This document shows positions 1 through 11,878 of a stretch of 64,000 nucleotides of DNA, piece after piece. Numbering within the stretch: position 1 is the stretch's first letter; the number at the start of each line of letters is the position of its first letter. The notes below the pieces were generated by a model. It did not search any database. It was not told the DNA's origin and saw only the letters and a program-made list of their open reading frames with translations. The translations under genes were made by a program, and so were the position numbers. Source of the DNA: Macrostomum lignano (lineage: Eukaryota); contig NIVC01000092.1 in NCBI GenBank assembly GCA_002269645.1, forward strand, positions 434,001 to 498,000. The letters run 5' to 3'.

Positions 1-690
1 AATCTCCCTACAAAACTGTTTCAGAATCTCCCTACAAAACTGTTTCAGAATCTCCCTACAGACTGTTTCAGAATCTCCCTACAAAACTGTTTCAGAATCT
101 CCCTACAAACTGTTTCAGAATCTCCCTACAAACTGTTTCAGAATCTCCCTACAAACTGTTTCAGAATCTCCCTACAAAACTGTTTCAGAATCTCCCTACA
201 AAACTGTTTCAGAATGGCCCTACAAAACTGTTTCAGAATGGCCCTACAAAACTGTTTCAGAATGGCCCTACAAAACTGTTTCAGAATGGCCCTACAAAAC
301 TGTTTCAGAATGGCCCTACAAAACTGTTTCAGAATGGCCCTACAAAACTGTTTCAGAATGGCCCTACAAAACTGTTTCAGAATCTCCCTACAAAACTGTT
401 TCAGAATGGCCCTACAAAACTGTTTCAGAATGGCCCTATAAAACTGTTTCAGAATGGCCCTACAAAACTGTTTCAGAATCTCCCTACAAAACTGTTTCAG
501 AATGGCCCTACAAAACTGTTTCAGAATGGCCCTATAAAACTTTCAGAATGGCCCTACAAAACTGTTTCAGAATCTCCCTACAAAACTGTTTCAGAATGGC
601 CCTACAAAACTGTTTTAGAATGGCCCTACAAAACTGTTTCAGAATGGCCCAACAAAACTGTTTCAGAATCACAAAACTGTTTCAGAAACG
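1..690. repeat. 24-bp minisatellite (aatggccctacaaaactgtttcag / aatctccc variant) filling macoilin intron 2
   Basis: Direct tandem array. The MALQNCFR ORF is only its 8-codon periodicity. Confidence 0.97.
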
Positions 691-719
691 TGTTTCAGCA
701 CACTCATAGAAAGGCTCAC

Positions 720-3700
720 CTGAATTCCAGACGAACTGCACCCACACGTAGGTGCTGGCCAAGAAGAACAACCAGTGCACGGGAACAAAAAGATACAAGA
801 TGACATCTGATGTGAGACCGAGGCATAAAAAGAACAGCAGGAACATAATACCCTGGTAGCGATAGGAGTCATGGAGGGAGCGCAGCAGGAGCCAACAGGG
901 CCACAGATATTCGAAGCGGAATTCCAATAGAAAGTCGAGCATAAGTACGCCGGCCCATATCAGCAGGAACTTCAGGTATAGCAGGACACTGTTGGTGAGG
1001 TTAAAATCAATAATTTTAACATTTATTGACAACTAGAGCATAAAACTAATACTCGTAGTTCTTTTTATAGGACAGAGACAAAGATAAATTAGTCTGCTAT
1101 AATTATAATTATAAGTTATATAAGTTATAATTCATTCTACCTTGCAATTTATCTTCATTCCAAAGTATACAGTTTTAGATTTTTAATAAAAATATTGATA
1201 CTTCCAGTTGAATATGAATAGTTACTAATAAAAAATATATTTAAATTGCATAGTATTTAAGTTAAAGGAAACAAGATGCCACCAGCTTCTAGCATAGGTT
1301 TTTTCTAGTGTCTATAGCATATAATTCTTGTATGTAGAATGCTAGGCATGCTTGGGCGCAACCTAGGGATTCAATTAATGATTATACTAATAATTTTTAT
1401 TCTTTGATTAAATATAAAACAATAACATTTTAATATTTAACTTTATTATTAGAATTTTTAAATTATAGGTAATTAGCCTATTATTGTTTTCTACCTATTA
1501 GATTTTAAAGATTAAAAGCAAATTAAATTAAATTAACTTATTATGGCTATTAAATGACTTTTTATTGGTATCCTTGTTTATTTAGTTATTTTCAATGTCT
1601 ATCAAAATATTTTTCTATTATCTATAAACAAACATGTGCAGCACCCAGTCGACCTGGCTGATCTAGCTGGCAAGGGGCCTAACCAAAGTAGATTGCAAAA
1701 CACATATGTAATACTAATTAAATGACAGAAGCATTTAGCCTTAATAATATAGGCATAGTTACTCCTGCCATTTACCCAAAAGTACATTAGTTTTTGCTTA
1801 GGTTTCTTTTATGGGTAAGTCACATTTTTGGTCAAAATTAAATTGCATGGCCAGTATAAATCAGGGAGTTGCACATATATAGTAGGGCTCCTTGGATATT
1901 GCATAATGATGTAATTACTAATAACTAAAATATTTACTGATTTGGCTAGTTTTAGTTTGTTTTAATATACCAAAATATTCAATATAAATATTGTGTACAC
2001 CAATTTCTATTTTTGAACTCTTGTTTCTCTGTGGACTGCTCCTATTTTTGGCCCAAGAATTGACTTTTGTTTCAGTCCCATAATTGGCTCCTAGCCTTGT
2101 GTAAATTACTAGGACAATAGATAATTAAGGTTAGCAGAGACATCACCCTAATTGAGCTCAGTTATCATGAGCAGATTAGAATATTGAATACTAGAACAAG
2201 TCTTAGCATTGAAGTCCAAAGTTATTGTATTGTATTCTAACAGACTATGCTAGTAAGGGCACAGGAAGCCAAATACATATTTTACACCAAAAAAGAAGCC
2301 AAATACATTACACACACTTTTTTGTAGAGGTCGGACGAGCAGAAAATTTTGGTCGGGCGTGAAATTTCGTGAAATTTTCAAAGTCAGGCGTGATCGTGAA
2401 TTTATATTTGCATACACGTATTTTGAGCTCGTAAGTTACAAGTGTTGAAAATAACAAAACAAGAAAAGAAATATTTATAAATTGATAATAGCTACTCGGT
2501 AATGTTGTCAAGTCAACAAATTTAAAATTTATTACTCTTTTACACATTTGTGTTCACATATTTTGGTAAACCAAGTAGAAAAGTTATACTTCTAATAAAA
2601 ATGTAATAAAGTGGAAATTCATGACTGTCATGAATGGGTTTCAAAGAAATAACAATCGTGAAAAAAATGGTCATGAATTCACAAAATTGTGATCACGATT
2701 GTGATCACGTCTGACGCCTACTTTTTTGTTAACTATTTTAATGTTAAGGTCTATTTTTAATGTTAAGCCTGTTGTAGCTCTTTTGTATACTAAGTAATTA
2801 ATTTTGCTAATTATATCATTAACCATTGATTGTAAGGTATATTTGCTAATTATTAATTTTTAATAACTAATATAAACCTTTAGAGTCAAGCAATTGTCTC
2901 AGTCATTTAATCATAACTTTAATTGGTGGTAGCAAACTACCTTTTGCATCATATAATTTTTTATAACACTCTTTGGCTGGTACAATATAATAGTATAGCC
3001 TTAGGCCTAGTTTGATGCAATTATTGCAATAGAAATTATTTTAGGATATTAGTCATCAGAAATAGAGATACCTATTATTCAGCAGTCTAAGAGTTTGACA
3101 TTAGTTAGCTCATTTAATTTCAACCAGACATTGAGTCATTATCAGTTAAGAGTTTAGAGGAAAATTAGCCTGTTATTAAACAAAGAACTAGTGAAAAATT
3201 TAGCCCAATAGAATTCTAGAATCTTAGTGAGACTGCTGAGACAAATAGCCCAAGGAACTCTAGACATCTAGCAAGACATTTGGCCAATTTTAAATCTGTG
3301 TTCATCTACATAGTCACAGTCTGCTATTCATTAATAACAAATTATAGATGCATGGAATTAGTAATGCCTAAAGGCTAGGTGGTCAAATACCTAGATACTA
3401 AAATATTTATTTATAAAAATAATTATTTTAAGAAATTCTAATCTAGGCCAGTAAAAGAATAGACTATTTAATAAATCACAAGAAAAAAGAACACTATTAG
3501 AAGGAAACCCTATTGGAATAAATGTTGAAAACCCATGGATACACTCTTAAGAAAAGAGTCAAACTATTTTATCGCGCTTTGGGATTATTAGAAATGTTTC
3601 AAAAGAAAGCAGTTTTGTCAAAATCAAAATTTCCTAACTTTCCAAAATCAAAATTAAAATTTTGATTATGGCCTCTGAAATTGGCGCCCAGCTAGCCTCT

Positions 3701-6700
3701 TGGTCAGTTTTAGGAAGGCCCAGAAATTGCACGGAGCCAAGTCACTGGTAATGATGTCAAAGAGGTACTTAGTGCCACTAGAACCAAAGCAGCACAAGAA
3801 CTCCTACAAACCCACTCCTGGCACTGCTCCTCAATGAGCTGATGGGACACCCAATGAGCTGTGATCTTATTGAGCCCTAGCTGCTCATGCAGGATGGTAA
3901 AAGTACTGCCCTCAGATATGTCAAGTGTCTGGCTCAGCATAGCAACAGAAATATTAAAAGATATTAGAAAAATTTTGAAGGTGCCTTAGGCACTGTTTGC
4001 AGTTTTACAAATTTTTCCTATAGGGAAAAGAAGTAAAACATATTGAAACATATACTAATGAAGATATTTAGCCTTGGGTCTATTACAATTTTTATCATTA
4101 ATAATAAGATATTTCTAGACATTATAACTCTGATATTAGCTATATAACAAAGATGGCTCTATCATAAATTTTGATAGCACTTTTAGTAACAAAGAAAGAA
4201 TACATTTATAGACAAAAAATAAGACTTTTATTAGATTTAGAATATAAATGCAATATCCAATTGACTTATTCAATTTGTCTAAGTAATAGGGTAGCTAAAG
4301 GGATGCATGCAAATTTGGCAACAAACAAATTTGGTAATAGAAATTTAACATGGACAAATTCAACAACAATCTAGGCAAATTTGGCAACATGTCTTTTTAT
4401 AGCTAAAGACAAGTTAATTTGCTTTACTAAAATTTGTCTGTCAATGTTTATAAATGTAAAATAATAGCCGCAAAAGCATGTTAAAATAATGGAAAAGTGT
4501 GTTGTTAAATTGGATATCCTGTGTATTTGAGAATGTAATATATATATAGTGCATAGCCATAGGGGCCACTTGACATTTTTTATTTTGTCATTTTTCTTTG
4601 CATGCCAGGATGGAATTCTTGCTTGGGGGTAGGAAAGGCAGTGCTTATCCCCACGGTACCGTAGGAATAATTTCTGTCTTATTCCAACGGTACCGTGCGA
4701 ATAATTTTCTGCTTATCCGCACGGCACACTGACGAGATAGCTGCCCTATCTTCTACATATGCCGTGCAAATAATTTTCTGCTTATCCATAATATGAATAT
4801 GAATCATGCGAATTCACATGAGTAGTAAAATTCTACGGAAGCGGCAATGGACTATATAAATCACGGCGAGATCAGATTAGACTTTGCTAAAAATTTAAAT
4901 AATAAACAATTCTTAGAGTTAATTTAATTTAAATCATTTTTTACTACACAAAAAAAATCTTACTCATAGAAAAAATCTTTATTTCTTTAGAACAAATGTT
5001 CAAGCCAAGTTATGTTGTTATACTGCACTCAAATCGTATGTACTAAACTTCCCACAACACGGCATATGTAGAAGATAGGGCAGCTATCTCGTCAGTGTGC
5101 CGTGCGGATAAGCAGAAAATTATTCGCACGGCATATGTAGAAGATAGGGCAGCTATCTCGTCAGTGTGCCGTGCGGATAAGCAGATAATTATTCGCACGG
5201 TACCGTTGGAATAAGACAGAAATTATTCCTACGGTACCGTGGGGATAAGCACTGCCGGTAGGAAAACGTGCACGCACATTTTTGGAGCAGGGCGCAAGCG
5301 CGCACGCCAGCTGTAAAAAAGTCATAATGCAGATCATGGCGGGCCTATGCGCTAAAAAATGAAATTTCTAGTTTTTCAATTCTTACGCCGACGTAAATTA
5401 GAAAGTTGTACTTTAAGTGTAAAGTAGCTTGAACACTATAATTTTTTTAAAGAAAATATTCTTTACAAATTATAGAGTTTTACTAAACTTTAAAGTAATT
5501 GTTTTTGCTAAAAACTATTATTCTTTGTTTTACTTTTGTTTAAAAATTTACAGCATAAAAACAACTTTCCAGACTATGAAAAGTAGGAGAACTTGAGCGC
5601 GCAAACACTACATGGCACATAACCATGTTAAATGCATGTAAAAGTCAAATCCTGTCTGTGATTCTGCGGCAAACAGCTTCTTTGCAAGCGCATACGATGG
5701 AGCGCGCACACACCTTTAAGAGAGCGCAAGTAGGCTCATTTTCAGCATGCAAGCGCACACAAATTTGTCATTTGACAAGTGCGCACAAACGCGTAACAAC
5801 TTTTGTGCAAGAATTCCATCCTGGTTTGCATGGCATATTCTTGTGAATCCCTTTCTTTGACATTGTAACCAATAGAAAGACCTTATTAGGCATATAAGAA
5901 AATTGTTTTTCTTGTTTTTTCCAAGTCTTAAAGGTTTTTCAAAAACCTTTAACCTTAATCTTATTAGGAATAAGATTTTAAATTTCAACATTGTTGGCTC
6001 ATTAGCTGCTTTTTATAGTAAACCATGCTACCAATAATAGCAAAAAAGTATATAAATCTAAGAGGTAAAAATGCAGCTTATATATAGGCCATGACTAGGC
6101 CTATTTCTATTATATTATATATATATATATAAGTCTTTTCCAAGAAATTATTGTTAATTTAGGGTTGGGCAATCTTGTAATAAGCAAAAAGTGCCTATTC
6201 ATTGCCTTGCTTAATTGCCTATATATAAGCTGCATTTTTACCTCTTAGATTTATATAATTTTTTGCTAATATTGGTAGCATGGTTTACTATTAAAAGCAG
6301 CTAATGAGCCAACAATGTTGAAATTTAAAATCTTATTCCTAATCTTAATATTTTGCTAGGCTTAATGCTACTAAAACAAGAATTTTATTTAGGCTTATTG
6401 CATTAAATTTATATTAAATCTAGACTGAAAATAAAATTTACACTGAACTCATGCCTACAGCACTAAAATCTTGCATGCGGGAAATTGTTTGTCATTGATT
6501 GAGAACTGGACTTGCTTGCCCCTTGGCAAAATCACCTATGACCTAGACCTAATTTTTTAGTTATTCGACAATCGCAAACTATGAAAATTGAAGAAATTGC
6601 AAAAAAATCTTACCCAGAGTTCGAAGACTCTACAAACTTGCTTCGTCTACTCGATCTTCCACGCTTCGCCATATCAATTTGTGGTATACGGCGTCGAAAA

Positions 6701-6708
6701 TGCATCAT
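720..6708 (-). CDS. MACO1: Macoilin (TMEM57), 5' part: exon 1 6614-6708, exon 2 720-988; gene continues left of the window
   Basis: Exon 2 encodes LLYLKFLLIWAGVLMLDFLLEFRFEYLWPCWLLLRSLHDSYRYQG...FFLASTYVWVQFVW, the recognisable macoilin N-terminal TM region. Exon 1 (MMHFRRRIPQIDMAKRGRSSRRSKFVESSNS) ends GG|GTAAG and joins in phase to cag|T GTC CTG. Exon 2 ends G|GTGAG. Confidence 0.93.
2325..2720. mobile_element. hAT-type MITE
   Basis: Imperfect TIRs tagaggtcggacg / cgtctgacgccta with TAG...CTA ends; exact 8-bp TSD cttttttg at 2317-2324 and 2721-2728. Confidence 0.8.
3680..3945 (-). mobile_element. Internally deleted mariner transposase relic
   Basis: ILHEQLGLNKITAHWVSHQL resembles the mariner WVPHEL region. 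In another frame, FDIITSDLAPCNFWAFLKLTKRLAGRQF resembles the YSPDLAPSDF..F..LK..L.G..F C-terminus. Confidence 0.82.
4637..5256. mobile_element. Mutator-like MITE with long TIRs
   Basis: ggcagtgcttatccc...gggataagcactgcc with TIRs of about 150 bp; exact 9-bp TSD ggtaggaaa at 4628-4636 and 5257-5265. Confidence 0.88.
5963..6343. mobile_element. Foldback/Mutator-like MITE
   Basis: Inverted repeats of about 125 bp (attaggaataagatttt...aaaatcttattcctaat); 9-bp flanks cttaatctt / cttaatatt differ by one base. Confidence 0.72.
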
Positions 6709-7168
6709 TAGCAATTATTAAATTTCTAGATAAATAACAGAAAATAAGCAACCGCGTACTTTTTAATTTTTTCAGATATAACAAAAATTCTAAACATTTT
6801 CCATTAACATTACGCTTATTGTTAATAATGACTAAATGCGGTAACTAATTTCTACTTCCTGCAACAAATAAATATGCTAGCAATCAAGTGAAGTTTGATG
6901 ACAGATGTTACCGAAGTTTCACAGTCGGTGGCAATATAATTCGTGCGATATATGTTAATAACTTTATCATACCTTAATAGACGTTCCTTTAAATTAATAG
7001 TAATTTTACCAATTTAAATTAATAGTTGCGGTCTTGCGGAACAGGGCCAGATGGACAGCTGCCCCTTGCTATAAAGATAGAGGGCGCACACGGTGTATAT
7101 GGGCTTCAGCTCTCATCTCTATATATCATGTAATTTGCTCGACTGCCAGCAATTGGGTCGTGAACATG

Positions 7169-7797
7169 GGGGCATCACAAACCCGAAAAATCACAACTCC
7201 GAAAAGCGCTTTCCATCATAAACCCGAAATATCATAAACCCGAAATATCACAATTAAAAAACCCGAAATATCATAACTCCGAAATTGATGGCAACACACA
7301 TCATAAACCCGAAAAATCACAACTCCGAAAAACAAAATAGCAACACGCATCATAAACCCAAAATATCATAGCTCCGAAATTGCTAGCAACGCACATCAAA
7401 CCCGAAAAATCACAAACCCGAAATATCATAACTCCGAAAGTTCTAGCAATGTCCAACACTAGTTTGGTTTTCTGGGTTATGATCTATTTCGGGTTTGTGA
7501 TATTTCTGGTTTATGATGGGCAATGCTATTTTGGTTTTCGGAGTTGTGATTTTTCGGGTGTATGATACATGTATTTCGGGTTTATGATGTGTGTTGCTAT
7601 TAATTTCGGGTTTATGATATTTCGGGTTATGATAGGCGTTGCTATTTTGTTTTTCGGAGTTATGATATTTCGGGTTTGTGATATTTCGGGTTTGTGATAT
7701 TTCGGGTTTGTGATATTTCGGGTTTATGATATTTCGGGTTTATGAGGATGGGAAATGCTTTCAGAGTTTTGATTTTTCGGGTTTATGATGGCGACCC
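7169..7797. mobile_element. Foldback MITE with internally repetitive arms (cataaacccgaaatat)
   Basis: The left and right halves are inverted arrays; exact 9-bp TSD gtgaacatg at 7160-7168 and 7798-7806. Confidence 0.82.
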
Positions 7798-8499
7798 GTG
7801 AACATGTGTAGGGTAGGGAAAGGTCATAGACACAGATATGTTCTCAAAGGTATCAAGGAAGGCACCAAAGTAACACAAAACTCATATCTGCTTCACGTTT
7901 ATGGAAGCTCAAATTGACGTGTCTGTAGCGCTAAAATAATTACCACTCAAATCTTGACTGTTGCGCGAAAAAGGCGTTCCCGAAAAAGTGAATTTTTTAT
8001 AGTGATTGAAAATTTAAATGATTCTTCCGGCCCTTATTTTAAAAGTGTTCCGCGGTTAAGAGACTCTAGAAATTGAGTCTCTTAACAGTGTCAGAGAAAG
8101 TTCTAATCACACTATTTTGTGCCTCACCGGCCTAACGACGCATTAATCGATTTTTCATGTTAAATTGGTCTGTCACTTGAAAAAACGTTTAAAATAATGA
8201 AAAGACACAAAACATTGTTAAGAGACCCAATCACACTGTTTTAGTGTTGAAAATCGTGAAATTGATTCGTGCATAGACCATTTAAGCACGCAAAATCGAT
8301 GTATGAATCCTACATTTTTCGGCGAAAAGTTGCCTTCAAAACATTTACCATAGATTTCGAGTGTAGCGTCCTATATATGTTACTTGAGTAGTCCTTTGCG
8401 TATTACATGTACATTTACTATGTACGAGTACACATGTAGTGTGGCATTACATGTACAATGTATACAACTGTATTGCAGTTTTTTTACACCTGCCCTAAC

Positions 8500-8770
8500 A
8501 AGCAGATGTGCAACCGACAGCTCACCGACAGCTATCGCGCGGCGCACCTGAAGACTGCGTACGGCTGTTCAGTCCAAGGACTGGGGGATCGCCACACACA
8601 CCCTCAATTGCCCCCCAGCTAATAATGTTGGCACCCATTTTACAACTGGATAACTCAAGCAATGTGGAGTTGTCTTACTCCAGGACACAAGTTGTTCCGG
8701 TGGGATCAGGAATCGAACCCACCACCTTTCAGTAGTGGGTCCGACACTCTAAACACTAGTCCACTAACCT
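8500..8770 (-). mobile_element. tRNA-derived SINE, copy 1
   Basis: Homologous to copies at 32.35 kb and 39.38 kb; tRNA-like head with B-box (ggttcgattcc on the minus strand) and a tgtgtcctggagtaagac core. Confidence 0.8.
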
Positions 8771-9414
8771 GAAATTGCATAGTATTACATGTAGAATGTA
8801 CCTTTAAGAAAAAATAAATTATGATTTACAATATGGTTTTCCATTTACACTGTACATGTACGAGCGTACATTTAAATTCTTACAATTAACAGAAAAACGT
8901 TTTAAATATATTCTACTTTGTCTTAATTGTCTGTCGTAGAACGTCATTAAAAAGAGAATTTTTTAGGGACAAACCAATGCAAACTGCATGGTAATAAGGT
9001 GCTAAAAAGTTGTTGCGGGTTCAATCTTCCTTTTCACATTCAGGATTAAACTTGAGTACCGCTGTTTTTAGCAATTGTTAGTTGCGAACAGCAATTGGCA
9101 CCTGCTTCTTATGTTGCTTAAAGATTTTGGCTTTTTTAAAAGGCGCGAACGCAATAAGATTATAGAGGTCCAAAAAGACCGCTTGGCAACTTCTATTGAA
9201 TGAATTTTGAGGGGGAGGTGATAAAGATTCTCAGGTAAACCAGGTGTAAAAAAATATCTGTGCTTATAATTGTAGTTCTTAGATACAGCAGCACAGCTGG
9301 AAACTGCGAATAAAACAGACTGCCGTTGGTTGTGAACAATCAATTAGAAGATTATAATTTTCTCTGAGCACAGTCAGGTGGTCTCAACAAAACATTAGAG
9401 GATGTCGGCGATAG

Positions 9415-9930
9415 CGAGATTCTGTGAGATGAGATTCGGTAAGTTGAGATTCGGTGAGATGAGATTCAGTGAGATGAGATTCGGTGAGATTCGGTGAGAT
9501 GAGATTCGGTAAGGTGAGATTCGGTGAGATGAGATTCGGTAAGGTGAGACTTGGTGAGATGAGATTCGGTGAGATTCGATTTGGTAAGGTGAGACTTGGT
9601 GAGATGAGATTCGGTAAGGTAAGATTTGGTGGGATGAGATTCGATGAGATGAGATTCGGTGAGTTGAGATTCGGTGAGGTGAGATTCAGTGAGATGAGAT
9701 TCGGTGAGATTCGATTCGGTAAGGTGAGATTCGGTGAGATGAGATTCGGTAAGGTGAGATTCGGTGAGATGAGATTCGGTAAGATGAGATTCGGTAAGAT
9801 GAGATTCGGTGAGATTCGATTTGGTAAGGTGAGATTTGGTGAGATGAGATTCGGTGAGATGAGATTCGGTAAAGGTGAGATTCGGTAAGGTGAGATTCGG
9901 TAAGGTGAGATTCAGTGAGATGAGCTTTGT
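9415..9930. repeat. 15-bp minisatellite (gagatgagattcggt)
   Basis: Direct tandem array; explains the MRFGE and TESHL ORFs. Confidence 0.95.
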
Positions 9931-10574
9931 CGATATGAGATTTGAGTAAGCGAGGAGTAGAGTGCAATATATCGATTCTCCCAAGTCAGTACTCCTTTCT
10001 AGATGACGAATCAAAAGTTTAAAGCAGCTGAACTTGCAGCTTCTACGAGCGTATTGGCTATAACTCTATATATTCTCTAACCTTATGACGTCATAACCAA
10101 ACTGGCAGTCTTCCCAATGATGCTGAGGTGAAAATAGCTCGAGTTTTAAAAGTGTGAAAAATTCTGCACAATCAAGTCCTGTCTGGTGTTGAGTTTTTTT
10201 CTCAAAATTAGCAAAACACCCCCAGGCGATGTGCAGGCAAATGCATGGGATAATTTTGAGTCTTTTTGTTCCCCTTACCCGAAGTGAGGCCTGATTTATG
10301 ACTTGCTAAAAGTCTCAATTATATTAGAAAGGTATGCAAGAAGGCCTGTGAGAACTGCTGCAACCTACCTGAGCTCAGCTCACGGGTCTGACTTGCAGGA
10401 AAAATTTATAACTTTTCTGATTTGTCTATCGACGACAGCCTGGCCAGACATAATTACTGCATGCTCGATTACAGTGAGGTGATTTTCTAATTAACACCTT
10501 GCCTTTTTCTTATCGTGCTCTGCTTTTTGTGCTGGTCCTCAATTTATGTACGAGTCTGCTTGTCCAAATGCTGC

Positions 10575-11500
10575 GGCTCTGACAGTGCTTCTCAGTATTC
10601 ATCTCTTTGCATATTCACCGAATGTCCGCTCATCATTCCCCCCAATCCACCCACCCATTAATCCACCCAACACTCCACCCCTCTATCCACCCATCTGACA
10701 GTGCTTCTCAGTATTCATCTCTTTGCATATTCACCGGATGTCCGCTCATCATTCCCCCCAATCCACCCACCCATTAATCCACCCAACACTCCACCCCCTC
10801 TATCCACCCATCTATCCACCCATCTATCCACCCATCTGACAGTGCTTCTCAGTATTCATCTCTGCATATTCACCGGATGTCCGCTCATCATTCCCCCCAA
10901 TCCACCCACCCATCAATCCGCCCAACACTCCATCCATCTACCCACCCATCTATCCACCCATCTATCCACTCAACACTCCATCCATCTATCCACCCATCAA
11001 TCCGCCCAAAACTCCATCCATCTATCCACCCATCTATCCACCCATCCATCCACCCAACTATCTACCCTATCTACCAATCTATCCACCTATCTACCCATCT
11101 ATCCACCCAACTATCTACCAATCTATCCACCCAACTATCTACCCATCTATCCACCCATCTGTCCACCCATCCACCCAACTATCTACCCTATCCACCAATC
11201 TATCCACCTAATTATCTACCAGTCTATCCACTCAACTATCTACCCGTCTATCCACCCAACTATCTACCCATCTATCCACCCAACTATCTATCCAGCTATC
11301 CACCTATCTATCCACCCATCCACCCAACTATCCACCCATCTATCCTCCCATCTATCTACCCATCTATCCACCCAACTATCCACTCATCTATCCACTCAAC
11401 TATCCACCCATCTATCCACCCATCTATCCACTCATCTATCCACTCATCCACCTATCTATCCACCCATCTATCCACCCATCCACCCAACTATCCACCCATA
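10575..11500. repeat. (atccacccatct)-type simple repeat preceded by two full and one partial copy of a ~120-bp unit
   Basis: ctgacagtgcttctcagtattcatctc recurs near 10578, 10695 and 10836. Confidence 0.9.
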
Positions 11501-11878
11501 AACAGACATATATTTATAGATTGATTAATAATGTAATAAATAATCGAAGTCAATTTGAAATCAAGCTGTAAATTTGAATTTCAAATTGAAGCATATATTA
11601 ACAAAACAAAATTCCACGCAAAATTTTAACTACTGCAAGCGTACATGTACATGTCAGTAAATTTATTAGATGTGTCAAGTGGCTCTAACGTAATACAAAT
11701 ATTAAATATTTATTTTGAAAAAGAAACATAACATAGATACAACACGGAGAGTAGCAAAAAAGAAGCAAATGGATTTTCAATTGTACTACTAATAGCTAAG
11801 TAGTGCAAAGGGACATTTTTCTCTCTAACGGAATCAGTCTTTGAGTAGCTAATAATGGCAATTGAGATGCTGAATCAA

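Noticed and set aside
8690-8770. tRNA gene candidates (also about 32500-32570 and 39380-39450)
   Set aside because: No full cloverleaf; each is followed by the same SINE body.
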